Source: the human T2T-CHM13v2.0 reference genome, Homo sapiens. Taken from it: DNA of 64,000 nucleotides. The position numbers were made by a program, and so were the translations under genes. How positions within the stretch are numbered: position 1 is the stretch's first letter; each line of letters begins with the position of its first letter. Location of the stretch: assembly GCF_009914755.1 (NCBI RefSeq), contig NC_060925.1. The stretch is one strand, 5' to 3'. Below, in pieces: positions 64,000 to 64,000 of this stretch. The notes beneath the pieces were generated by a model. The model was given only the letters and a program-made list of their open reading frames with translations, did not search any database and was not told the DNA's origin.

Positions 64000-64000
64000 A

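Overview
Repeat-rich human or great-ape genomic DNA with no recognisable host protein-coding exon. Every long ORF comes from LINE-1. Main contents: (i) a 5'-inverted (twin-primed) L1PA3/4-like insertion at 209-4581 with 16-bp TSDs; (ii) a full-length L1PA2-like element at 19625-25658 with intact ORF1 (carrying T203A), intact antisense ORF0, and ORF2 broken by a frameshift plus a nonsense codon; (iii) a nest of LTRs (MLT1C, MLT1B, LTR12C, MLT2D) inside an old L1M; (iv) three more truncated L1PAs, about 14 Alu/FLAM copies, MER57, Tigger4, MER20, L2s, MIRs and microsatellites; (v) a candidate RFX/forkhead promoter and minus-strand first exon at ~8846-9002. Most notable: the two large L1s belong to different subfamilies yet share private variants and a ~470-bp near-identical tract, which suggests local gene conversion. 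They overlap as both direct and inverted repeats. Three potential promoters (L1 antisense promoter/ORF0, LTR12C, X-box) all point leftward. At least six locally templated insertion scars resembling template switching or TMEJ are visible. Subfamily calls and consensus comparisons are from memory and by eye, not from a database search.
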